A DNA stretch of 26,280 nucleotides, from the IMG/VR virus record IMGVR_UViG_3300022074_000326, positions 1-26,280 of that record; one strand, 5' to 3'. The notes under the pieces are model-generated. The model saw only the letters and a list, made by a program, of their open reading frames with translations. It ran no database searches and was not told the DNA's origin. Both the position numbers and the translations under genes were made by a program. Every line of letters begins with the position of its first letter. The first letter of the stretch is position 1. Source of the DNA: a virus. Its lineage: Duplodnaviria > Caudoviricetes. Of this stretch, positions 8,836 through 17,182 are shown in pieces.

Positions 8836-8996
8836 TGCATAAAGTAATTAAACGAATCTTGTTCGTTTTTCAAGTCTTGTTGATATGAAGTATTTAATTG
8901 ATTTTCAATAGTTGCAAGACCTTGGTTTATTTGTCTAAATCCTTCTACACTATATTCTTGTGGTGGTTCCGGTACATATACATTTATCTTAGCCAT
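8832..8996 (-). CDS. 54-aa coiled-coil protein following the nozzle (possible tail needle/plug stem)
   Basis: Not in the ORF track. MAKINVYVPEPPQEYSVEGFRQINQGLATIENQLNTSYQQDLKNEQDSFNYFMQ. TAATG overlap with the nozzle stop and ATGA overlap with the next gene. Function inferred from position only. Confidence 0.75.
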   Translation of the reverse strand: MAKINVYVPEPPQEYSVEGFRQINQGLATIENQLNTSYQQDLKNEQDSFNYFMQ

Positions 8997-10924
8997 TATC
9001 TTCTTCCATCAGGGTTAACATCTGCTCTAAATGTTCCAAATCTCCATGTCTCATCTACTGCAGTATTTTGTATTTTTATATTAGCAAGTCTACCTCTAGC
9101 TCTAGTATCTATCTTTTGTGTGTTAGCATTAATTGTAAAAGGACCAAGTTGTGAAGATGCCCCTGCATCAATAGGAAAATTTTTTAAGAAAATTGTAACG
9201 ACTGCATTACCTTGAAGATTTTTAAAATCTGGTAAAAATCTACTTAGCCTTAGTAAATACTCTCCATCACCATCTGTAGGTAAATCAAAATCCCCGGATT
9301 GAATATAAGCAGGTATAGCTGCTTCAGTACCATCTAAAGCTATTTCATTATTACCTACTTCATGAGCATAATATGTTGATGCACCAAAAGTATTTGTAGC
9401 ACCACTTAAATTAGAAATAGATGGTGTAGCTGTAGAACTGTATTCTGTTGCATAAGGTACATCGTAAGTACTTGCATCTGCGTAAGAACTTCTTGCAAGA
9501 GTCATAGTAGACCAACTATTTTCCACATAGTTATAAACTACTGTTCTATTATTTTGTACTGCTGGATTACCTGCGGGAGTGCCTGCTGGATAGAACCATA
9601 CAATCTCATTAAATAAAGAATTATGTGAACCATATATAATTTCGTTAGAAGAATAATTTATTCCTACATTTGTTCCGGTAGTCGTAAATACAAAATCTTC
9701 TACAAGTGATGGAAGTAATTTAACAGTACCATCAAATACAAAGAAGCCTCCACCTGCCCCCATCCAAAACACTTTACCATCTGCATATACAGTTGCATGT
9801 TGTCCAATACATCCACAGTTGGATCCTACTTGTCTTATTGAAAAAGTAAATGGTGGACCAACAAACTGCATTGTGTATGCTGCTTGATCCGTTAAAATTA
9901 AATTATAATCTTTACCAGATACTGCTGCTACAATTTTGTTACCTGTATCAAGTCTAAATGTTCCTGCAGTATTTACTGAAGTTGGTTGATAAACACTATA
10001 ATTTTCCTGATCACTAAATCTAATAAACATAGGATCTTGTGTAGTAGAATCCCCTATAGTTGTTTCAGTTCCAAAATGAACAACATGTCTATCTCTATCT
10101 GAAGTAATTGTTAGTCTTGTTGCTGTCGGAGCACCAGACATAACTACTGCTCGTTGTTCTAATGGGTTTGAAACACCAGGATTCCAAACAAATGTTTTAC
10201 CATCTTTAATAGTTGCTATTAATTGTTCTCCAAAATTATCTAATGACCAACTACCAGGATCAAGTATAACTGTTGAACTAGTTGTACCAGATCCCCAAGT
10301 CCCTCTACTCCATGTACCTGTACCCCAACCATAACCATATGTTTGTATTGTTGGTCCTATTTCTTCGTATGGGTTTATACTTGCAGATCCTGCTGCAGTC
10401 ATACCAGAACCAGATTCATTTGTTTTCATTTGAATTGTAAAACTGTTTGCGTTAGGTGTTGTCAAAACTTCATAAGTAAAATCTTGAAAATTTGCTACAG
10501 TAAAACCTGTAGCACCACCTCCAGGTAGAGTTACCGATGTAAAGGTTACATATTCACCAACATCTAAAGCATGACTTGTTTTATTTACCGTAACTGTATT
10601 AGATCCATTTGTAGATGTAAAAGTAGCACTTGTTAAAGCTGTCGCTAAAGGTGTTATGTCATAAAACTTATCTTCATAGTAAATATACAAAGCTTTAGAT
10701 GTACCAAGTGCTGCGTATCTATTACCTTCTAAATCTGTCCAAGTGTGTTGAGCACGTGTTGGTCCTGAAATAGTTTCTTGTCCAATAGCTGTATAGCCAC
10801 CTATTTTTTCTGGTTGGCCATATCTAAATCTTACAAAATCACCATCAATCCATTGACCCTCTGCTCCTGAAGGAGTATCTGCTTTGTTAAAACCTGGGGC
10901 TATTCTTACATTTCTTAAAGGCAT
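8996..10924 (-). CDS. Tail nozzle / tail tubular-stabilisation protein (P22 gp10 / T7 gp12 analogue)
   Basis: 642 aa. N-terminal PG...W.DGDFVRFRYGQPEKIGG, beta-propeller-like WSLDNFGE, IRFSDQE, NCGCIG, EIVWFYP, YNY.E.SW, and C-terminal PDGRR. Confidence 0.75.
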   Translation of the reverse strand: MPLRNVRIAPGFNKADTPSGAEGQWIDGDFVRFRYGQPEKIGGYTAIGQETISGPTRAQHTWTDLEGNRYAALGTSKALYIYYEDKFYDITPLATALTSATFTSTNGSNTVTVNKTSHALDVGEYVTFTSVTLPGGGATGFTVANFQDFTYEVLTTPNANSFTIQMKTNESGSGMTAAGSASINPYEEIGPTIQTYGYGWGTGTWSRGTWGSGTTSSTVILDPGSWSLDNFGEQLIATIKDGKTFVWNPGVSNPLEQRAVVMSGAPTATRLTITSDRDRHVVHFGTETTIGDSTTQDPMFIRFSDQENYSVYQPTSVNTAGTFRLDTGNKIVAAVSGKDYNLILTDQAAYTMQFVGPPFTFSIRQVGSNCGCIGQHATVYADGKVFWMGAGGGFFVFDGTVKLLPSLVEDFVFTTTGTNVGINYSSNEIIYGSHNSLFNEIVWFYPAGTPAGNPAVQNNRTVVYNYVENSWSTMTLARSSYADASTYDVPYATEYSSTATPSISNLSGATNTFGASTYYAHEVGNNEIALDGTEAAIPAYIQSGDFDLPTDGDGEYLLRLSRFLPDFKNLQGNAVVTIFLKNFPIDAGASSQLGPFTINANTQKIDTRARGRLANIKIQNTAVDETWRFGTFRADVNPDGRR

Positions 10925-10929
10925 AAGCC

Positions 10930-10958
10930 ATTTTACAACATTTTATAGCTTCATCCAA
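10930..10958 (-). promoter_or_regulatory. Sigma70-type promoter, leaderless, for the nozzle gene
   Basis: TTGGAT (10958-10953), 17 bp, TAAAAT (10935-10930), 5 nt, ATG (10924). No SD. Confidence 0.5.
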
Positions 10959-11617
10959 GTCGAAGGAGAAGGTATATTATGTTCAGATTTAACCCCTTCT
11001 TTCATAGTTAACATTATATCTCCTGATATAGAAAGCCTTGGTATATCTTTTGTATTCTTTCCTGTCTCGTGAAACATCATAGATGGAAATATAATTACAT
11101 TACCTGTTTCTGCAGGGTACTCAGCTTTACCATAATTGTTTTGATCCCACTCTGTAAAGTACGGATCTCTTTTTGGTACAGTTAACCCTACCTTATGTGC
11201 ATCATCATCAAGCAAAAATAAATTACCTTGTTCATGTGCTTGGGGATAATAAACAAAACTAAAATGACTGCTCATATGTCTATGATAAGCAATGTGTTGT
11301 TCTTTGGTAGATAAAGTAGCCCAAGATTTTGTAACGTATATTTCAAACAAATCTAAATTATATTTTTGTGCAGATAAACAACCTTGTATTACTTTAGATA
11401 ACTCAGTATATAATTCTTTAAATCTTTTATCTTTGTGTAAATTATCATCAATAGATTGTAATTCTTTTGGCTTTACATCCGTAGTCCGTGAGTATTGAGA
11501 ATTGGTTGGAGTAATATCTCTTAGTATTATAGGTACAATTTTTTTATTAATATCTTCAAAGTTTTCTAACTTAGTTATGTATATAGGATAACCAAACCAT
11601 TTAGATATATTAGCCAT
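10943..11617 (-). CDS. Putative 2OG-Fe(II) oxygenase (TIGR02466 / 2OG-FeII_Oxy_5-like)
   Basis: F..PIY start, SW, H-x-H (YHRH), SFVYY, G.VIIFPS..FH, N...RLSIS motifs. Confidence 0.8.
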   Translation of the reverse strand: MANISKWFGYPIYITKLENFEDINKKIVPIILRDITPTNSQYSRTTDVKPKELQSIDDNLHKDKRFKELYTELSKVIQGCLSAQKYNLDLFEIYVTKSWATLSTKEQHIAYHRHMSSHFSFVYYPQAHEQGNLFLLDDDAHKVGLTVPKRDPYFTEWDQNNYGKAEYPAETGNVIIFPSMMFHETGKNTKDIPRLSISGDIMLTMKEGVKSEHNIPSPSTWMKL

Positions 11618-12105
11618 TAGTTATAATTTATATTAATGTTAATCCTAGTCTTAGTATCCGTTTGACTACAAGATCTATGTTTTAAATTACCATCAAAAAT
11701 AATTAATTGATTCTCTATTGATTTAAAAATACCTTTATCTTTTATTTCTGTATAGCCATTACAAGTATTTAAACTCCATAAAGCTACTTTGTGTTCTAAA
11801 GTATTGTCTACATGCCACATCCCTTTGAAAGGTTTTGCTTCTCTTGTATAACAATTTATTCTAATTTGAATTAAATTATTAAATTTTAGTTGACCAATTA
11901 AAGGTAAAGCTATTTGATTAAAAAAAGAACTTTCTTGTTTATTATCTCTAAACAACAAATGATTAAAAAAATAACCTTTTGTGTCTTCTAGTTTACCAAC
12001 AAAATCATTATAATACCAAGGAAAATAATTACCTAACAAGGTATTTTGTAATTTTTTTAAAGTGTGAGGCTTAATAAAATCTTTTATAACTTCTACATCA
12101 GCCAT
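11617..12105 (-). CDS. Putative 2OG-Fe(II) oxygenase (cyanophage/pelagiphage type)
   Basis: Start moved to ATG 12105 (MADVEVIKDF), 162 aa. FPWYY, H-x-D (WHVD), NTCNGYT, EN.LIIFDG..KH and distal R.NININY motifs. Confidence 0.8.
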   Translation of the reverse strand: MADVEVIKDFIKPHTLKKLQNTLLGNYFPWYYNDFVGKLEDTKGYFFNHLLFRDNKQESSFFNQIALPLIGQLKFNNLIQIRINCYTREAKPFKGMWHVDNTLEHKVALWSLNTCNGYTEIKDKGIFKSIENQLIIFDGNLKHRSCSQTDTKTRINININYN

Positions 12106-12415
12106 CAAGTTTTCCTTGGTAATCAAACCAAATATAACTATTTAGTTTAGATAATAATTTTTCCATATCATTATCCTTTACCACATAAACAAGTGTTTCT
12201 GTACAAAAATCTTTAATAGCTTCATATCTATGGTGACCATCAATTAATACACCATTATTAACAACTAATGGGCATAACAAACCATTGAGTTTTATATCAA
12301 TCTCAAGTTGATCTATAAGTTCTTGATTATTATTAGACTGATTAGGTGTAATATCTTTTAATTTATATCTATGAAGTATTGAATTAAATATAATTTTTTG
12401 TGGTTTTAAAAACAA
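12098..12415 (-). CDS. Stand-alone ParB/sulfiredoxin-like N-terminal domain protein
   Basis: 105 aa, TTG start abutting the upstream stop. L..DI..NGLLCPLVV...LIDGHHRYEA motif. No HTH domain. Confidence 0.75.
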   Translation of the reverse strand: MFLKPQKIIFNSILHRYKLKDITPNQSNNNQELIDQLEIDIKLNGLLCPLVVNNGVLIDGHHRYEAIKDFCTETLVYVVKDNDMEKLLSKLNSYIWFDYQGKLDG

Positions 12416-13348
12416 TTATTGTACTCTAAGAAATCTATATCTAACTTCTCCGCTACCACCAGAACCACCACTTGTACGGCCACCGTTTACTTGAGCCGCT
12501 CCACCACCACCACCAGATCCACGTGTTCCTGAAGATCCTGCTGTCCCTGCTCCAGATGAAGACCCACCTGATCCTCCTGCAATATTTCCCGAGTAAGATG
12601 CTGCACCAGTTGATCCATTTATTCTACAGTTATCTCCTCCACAGTTACCATTGTTCCCACCTGACACGCCATTACCTGACTGATTAAATGATCCCACAGG
12701 ACCACTTGTTAAAGTAGTTACATTTTTTGTAGTACCATCAGAATCTCTAAAAGTTCCTGACGTAATTGCAGTACCATTAATAGTCGCTGATCCTCCAGTT
12801 CCTGCAGTGTTAGATCTTAAAGGACCTTGTACACCACCTCCAGTTCCTGAAGATCCTCCTCCTGCACCTAACGTAAATATTGCTCCTGCTGTAGATCCTG
12901 ATAAGGTTGTACTCGCTCCACCACTTGCTGAAAGATTAAATTGATTTCCACTATTGTTAGCAGCTCCACCACCACCAATAGCGTAAGTTAAAGTTTCACC
13001 TTGGGTAACACTAAATACTTTGTCTGATACAAAAGCACCTGATCCTCCACCAGCACCAGATGATTCACCACCTGCTTTATCATAATCGGCTCCTTTAATA
13101 GAACCACCTCCACCACCAACTGCTGCTTGAATGTGAATTGCATTAGCACCTTGAGGCACTGTAAAAGTTCCAGAACCTGAACTTAAAGTTTGAATTGACC
13201 CTGCTTCAAAAGCAGCAAATACTAATTTCCAAACACCAGATACTTTTGCATATATCTCATCTGCTTCTTGCCAAGTACCTGATACTTTGCCGTATGCGTT
13301 ATCTATCTCTTGGAACGTTCCTGATACTTTGCCATAGGTATTAGCCAT
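12416..13348 (-). CDS. Glycine-rich tail fibre tip / adhesin
   Basis: 310 aa. N-terminal YxKVSGxW repeats, GTFTVP, multiple GGGG tracts, C-terminal GGSGEVRY. SD GGAG. Confidence 0.7.
   Translation of the reverse strand: MANTYGKVSGTFQEIDNAYGKVSGTWQEADEIYAKVSGVWKLVFAAFEAGSIQTLSSGSGTFTVPQGANAIHIQAAVGGGGGSIKGADYDKAGGESSGAGGGSGAFVSDKVFSVTQGETLTYAIGGGGAANNSGNQFNLSASGGASTTLSGSTAGAIFTLGAGGGSSGTGGGVQGPLRSNTAGTGGSATINGTAITSGTFRDSDGTTKNVTTLTSGPVGSFNQSGNGVSGGNNGNCGGDNCRINGSTGAASYSGNIAGGSGGSSSGAGTAGSSGTRGSGGGGGAAQVNGGRTSGGSGGSGEVRYRFLRVQ
13217..13336 (-). repeat. Three 42-nt (14-aa) tandem repeats YGKVSGTFQEIDNA / YGKVSGTWQEADEI / YAKVSGVWKLVF
   Basis: cctgatactttgcc recurs at 13278 and 13320 (period 42). 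Confidence 0.85.
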
Positions 13349-13356
13349 TTGAACTC

Positions 13357-14028
13357 CTATGAATATTTAAACCAAATGTCTCCATCACTACCTCCTGATG
13401 GGGAAGATGTACTTATTGTGAATTTTCTTTGTAGTTTATCAGCGGTTATTGCATTATTAGCAATCTTGGCTGTCGTTACATTTACGTTAGAAATGTTAGC
13501 GGTCAAAACAGCATTATCAGCGATGGCTGCACTTACTACTGCATCATCAGCAATTTTTGCGCTAGTTACTGCATCATCAGCAATTCCAGCTGTGCCTATC
13601 GTACCACCTAATGTATCTAATGAAACTTCATTTAAGTTAGTTCCATCTGCATATGCTGCATAAATTTTTGAAGCATTTAATGTAAAGCCAGTTCCCGATG
13701 CAGTTTTAATCGTAAGGTTTGTTGGATTAGTAATTAATCTACAATCAAATATATAAAATTTTTCTATAGAATCTGGTATGGTTACTGTTGTTGCACCAGA
13801 TAATGTAATAGTTGCAAATTTAATTACCATATTTCTAGCAGTAGAAATAGATGCATTACTCATAACTAAAGTTGTAGTAGAACCACTAGAAAGAGATATT
13901 TGTTCAAATCCAGCTATTGCTTGTTGAACAAGTTCTAAATTTGTATTTGTTTTAGTTCCCCATGTACCGGCATTCTCACCGGTGGCCATAAGTTCTAGTT
14001 TAAGATCTGATGAATATGTTGATGCCAT
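13357..14028 (-). CDS. Tail fibre / fibre-base structural protein
   Basis: 223 aa. MASTYS...TGENAGTWG..TN.NL N-terminus, IADxAVT repeats, C-terminal PSGGSDGDIWFKY. Confidence 0.7.
   Translation of the reverse strand: MASTYSSDLKLELMATGENAGTWGTKTNTNLELVQQAIAGFEQISLSSGSTTTLVMSNASISTARNMVIKFATITLSGATTVTIPDSIEKFYIFDCRLITNPTNLTIKTASGTGFTLNASKIYAAYADGTNLNEVSLDTLGGTIGTAGIADDAVTSAKIADDAVVSAAIADNAVLTANISNVNVTTAKIANNAITADKLQRKFTISTSSPSGGSDGDIWFKYS
13435..13584 (-). repeat. Five 10-aa repeats (IADDAVTSAK type)
   Basis: IADDAVTSAK IADDAVVSAA IADNAVLTAN ISNVNVTTAK IANNAITADK. Confidence 0.85.
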
Positions 14029-14036
14029 AATTTGGT

Positions 14037-14065
14037 ATTATACACTTTTTAAGCTGCCTTATCAA
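14037..14065 (-). promoter_or_regulatory. Near-consensus sigma70 promoter, near-leaderless
   Basis: TTGATA (14065-14060), 17 bp, TATAAT (14042-14037), 8 nt, ATG (14028). No SD. Confidence 0.7.
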
Positions 14066-14732
14066 CTTCTGTCCAAGTGTTAGAAACTCCTTTATTTACT
14101 TCAGTCCATGTGTTGGTTACATCTGGATCTACATTAGACCATGCTGTTATTAATGGACTATTAATAGAACCTGTTAATTGCATGCCTGTAAGAATTACAT
14201 CTTGGCCTGGAACCGCTGTTACTGATCCAACTGAAGTTGCCATAGACACACCTGTAACATCTACAGGAGTATTAACATCTACAGTTTCTTCACCTAGGCT
14301 AGCTGTGATTTGACTGCCTGTAACATTAACATTTGCATCTCCTGTAACAGTTGGTATTGCACCAGCAGTCATTACCATATCATGCTCAGTGACAACTACA
14401 CTTACATTACCATCAGCTGTTACAGAGAAAGTTCCAAGAGTTAAACCTAATTGAGATCCTATAACAGATACTGTTGCATTACCTACAAGAGATTCTTCTC
14501 CCATAGACATTGTTAATTGTGATCCTGTTACATTAACAGGTGTATTTAATGCTACAGTTAAACTTCCTATAGATCCTGTTAATTGAGATCCTGTTACATT
14601 TACATTTGCATGTCCAACTACAGTTGAAGCACCAACACTTCCTGTTAGTTGTGATCCTGTAACAGCTACATTAACATTAGTTCCACCTAATGAAGCTATC
14701 GGAGATTGGGAAAGGGCGGTAATACCTAACAC
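14049..14732 (-). CDS. Val/Thr/Ser/Gly-rich repetitive virion (fibre-like) protein
   Basis: 227 aa, GTG start with SD GAGG. About eight VxVTGSQLTxSxG repeats and three C-terminal 10-aa Trp repeats (WSNV/WTEV/WTEV). Confidence 0.7.
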   Translation of the reverse strand: MLGITALSQSPIASLGGTNVNVAVTGSQLTGSVGASTVVGHANVNVTGSQLTGSIGSLTVALNTPVNVTGSQLTMSMGEESLVGNATVSVIGSQLGLTLGTFSVTADGNVSVVVTEHDMVMTAGAIPTVTGDANVNVTGSQITASLGEETVDVNTPVDVTGVSMATSVGSVTAVPGQDVILTGMQLTGSINSPLITAWSNVDPDVTNTWTEVNKGVSNTWTEVDKAA

Positions 14733-14735
14733 GGT

Positions 14736-15830
14736 TTACCTCGCTGTACAGGGTATGTTATTAGTGCCTACAAGTGTTTGACCAATTGCCATGTAGAGAT
14801 AGTCTGCACCTGAATTATTTAATCTTCCATCATTAGTTCTTATTTTAAAACCATTAGATAAAAAATCTATAGAATTATTTGTAGTTGAGTTATCAGCACT
14901 AGTTTCATTTGGGCTCAACATTATTATTGATGGATTATAAGTTGACCTTTTTACATCTTGTAAATTCCAATGTTCTCCACTTGCTGTACCACCATTTGCG
15001 TGTTTAATTAATAACCAAGTTGGTTTAAATCCTGTATAAGTAAATGTTCCCTCTGAATTTCCGTTACCCTTATAGAATCCATATTTACTAAGACCAGTTT
15101 TATTAACAAATACATAAGCTATATATGTTCCACCTTGGTAATTTACTTTATCAGAATTACCAACTACAAAATGTGTAGCATCATCATTTTGAGATTCACC
15201 AACATAGTCACTTCCAACTCTAGTATCTGAAGTATTTAATTTAAGGTAGTAATCACTTTGAAGTGGAGAAGTACCACCTCTTACAACCCAGTCTTCTGCA
15301 CTATCTGTTCTTTTAATTATAACTCGGTCTGGTTTTACACCTAATCCATGTGCAACTTTAGTTTGATTACCATTACCAATATCTCCATTTCTTCCTGTGT
15401 ATTGAATTATAGAAAAACCTGTTGTTGTGTTTGCTCTGTAAGTACAAGCATTTATTGCATTATTACCACTTCCATAAGCAGATACAGATGTGTTGCTATC
15501 TCCTGCTTTCCAGTTCCATGATGCGTAATTTTCTCCATTAGCATTTGAGGTACTTGTTGTTCCTAAAGAAAATCCATTAGTATTAAATGATGTTATCATT
15601 CCTGTTTCTGTACTTTCTGCTGCATCTGTATCTGTTTTTAATCTTTTAGTTGCACCTCTAACAGCATCATTAGAAAGCCAACTTGCAGTAGTTGTTCTAC
15701 CCTTTACCCACATTAAATCTGGTTGCATATTTGTACTTTCATCAAAAGTAATAGACCTAACTGAACCATTACCAGTATAAAGTTTTGTTCTAAAATAATC
15801 TGTAGATTTATTTACTCCAGTGTATGCCAT
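14736..15830 (-). CDS. Tail-associated protein with three YxGNG...PxxxxxK repeats
   Basis: 364 aa. LYTGNG..QPDLMWVKGR, YTGR..HGLGVKPDRVIIKR and YKGNG..GFKPTWLLIK units, ending DFLSNGFKIR. Confidence 0.7.
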   Translation of the reverse strand: MAYTGVNKSTDYFRTKLYTGNGSVRSITFDESTNMQPDLMWVKGRTTTASWLSNDAVRGATKRLKTDTDAAESTETGMITSFNTNGFSLGTTSTSNANGENYASWNWKAGDSNTSVSAYGSGNNAINACTYRANTTTGFSIIQYTGRNGDIGNGNQTKVAHGLGVKPDRVIIKRTDSAEDWVVRGGTSPLQSDYYLKLNTSDTRVGSDYVGESQNDDATHFVVGNSDKVNYQGGTYIAYVFVNKTGLSKYGFYKGNGNSEGTFTYTGFKPTWLLIKHANGGTASGEHWNLQDVKRSTYNPSIIMLSPNETSADNSTTNNSIDFLSNGFKIRTNDGRLNNSGADYLYMAIGQTLVGTNNIPCTAR

Positions 15831-17182
15831 TATAAGTTTAATCCTTTTGTTGATAAAGCTGTGTATCCAGTTGGTACATCATATTCAAATATACCATTAT
15901 TACTTGCATTTGTCCCTGCACTAGATACTGCTGTTGTTTGAAAATAACCATTACCAAAGTTCCATGCCATTCTTCTTTCTGCATAAGCATTGTCATCACT
16001 ACAAGCAAAGAAATAAGCACCATCATCTGTTGAAGATGGAGAAGATAGTGTAAACGCAGCACCTGTACCAGTAGAGCCACTTGTTGGGTCGCCACTATTT
16101 TGCCAAGTACCATTTTTTGAAAAATAAATTTTAAGATTATCTAAATCTACTGCTACTCCAATAATATCGCCATCTGTCCAACTATTTCCATAAGAAGGCT
16201 CATTGCCATTATTTATTTTAGCTCCAGATGCAGAATAATAAGCATAGTCATATGATTGTGAACCTAAGTAATCATTAGCACTTGTTCTGTGCATTTGACC
16301 AGTTATACCCATAATACTTGCACCACCAGAACCACTAATATCTTTCATCTCTGCGTAAAATTTTCCAGAAGTCATACCAAGAGTAGATACTTCTGGTACT
16401 CTTGCAGTTCCACCTAAAACTACATAAGTATTTCCATTTGCAAAACTTCTATCTGTGTTTAAACTTTTATTTAAAGGATTCATTGTAGCAAAAACATTAC
16501 TTGGATTATCTTCTGTTTTTGTAAGTGTACCACCACCAACTGTAAAATTATTACCTTCACCAGATTGGTCTGTACCAGAATTACCATCTTTTAAAATAAA
16601 GAAACCATTGTTTCCATAAGTTACACTTGGAGAAGTATTTATTTTCCATTCTCCAGTTGTGCTGTCTGTTAAACCAAAGTCTGATGCTTGATAAGCTGTA
16701 CCATCTACAAAATGTATATGAGACATTGAACCGTCCCAATAAAAAGTACCATCATGTTTTCTTCCAACTTGAATTGGATAAGAAGTATTACCAAAATCAT
16801 ATTCAAGAGTTGCAAAACTACTTCTATTGTCAGTTACAAAGCTAGTTTGTTGTGTACCATTAATCCAAACTTTTAGTTTATCAGTTCCAGATTGACTAGC
16901 ATCTCCTGCTACCACAATATGATACCAACCATTAACATCTCTTACTTTTGCTGAAGTATCAAAACCTGTGGTTGATGCACTAGCACTTGTTCCAAAATTA
17001 AAAAATACTTTATCTTCTCCAAACCATAAACCCATTGCGTTTGAAGAAGATGTTTGTCTACAAGACATTATACAATTATAACTACTTGAATTTAAGTTTC
17101 CTCTTTTTACCCAACCAGACATTGTAAATTTTGTACTGTTTGTAGCTGTTGAATTTTGCCAAGTTAAATATGTACTAGCCAT
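15830..17182 (-). CDS. Tail protein with LamG/concanavalin-like and SPRY-like domains (putative receptor binding)
   Basis: FTMSGWVKR...RD..GWYHIVV...INGT (LamG). GKFYAE...GDIIGVAVDLDN..IYFSKNGTW...NFG (SPRY). Confidence 0.75.
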   Translation of the reverse strand: MASTYLTWQNSTATNSTKFTMSGWVKRGNLNSSSYNCIMSCRQTSSSNAMGLWFGEDKVFFNFGTSASASTTGFDTSAKVRDVNGWYHIVVAGDASQSGTDKLKVWINGTQQTSFVTDNRSSFATLEYDFGNTSYPIQVGRKHDGTFYWDGSMSHIHFVDGTAYQASDFGLTDSTTGEWKINTSPSVTYGNNGFFILKDGNSGTDQSGEGNNFTVGGGTLTKTEDNPSNVFATMNPLNKSLNTDRSFANGNTYVVLGGTARVPEVSTLGMTSGKFYAEMKDISGSGGASIMGITGQMHRTSANDYLGSQSYDYAYYSASGAKINNGNEPSYGNSWTDGDIIGVAVDLDNLKIYFSKNGTWQNSGDPTSGSTGTGAAFTLSSPSSTDDGAYFFACSDDNAYAERRMAWNFGNGYFQTTAVSSAGTNASNNGIFEYDVPTGYTALSTKGLNL

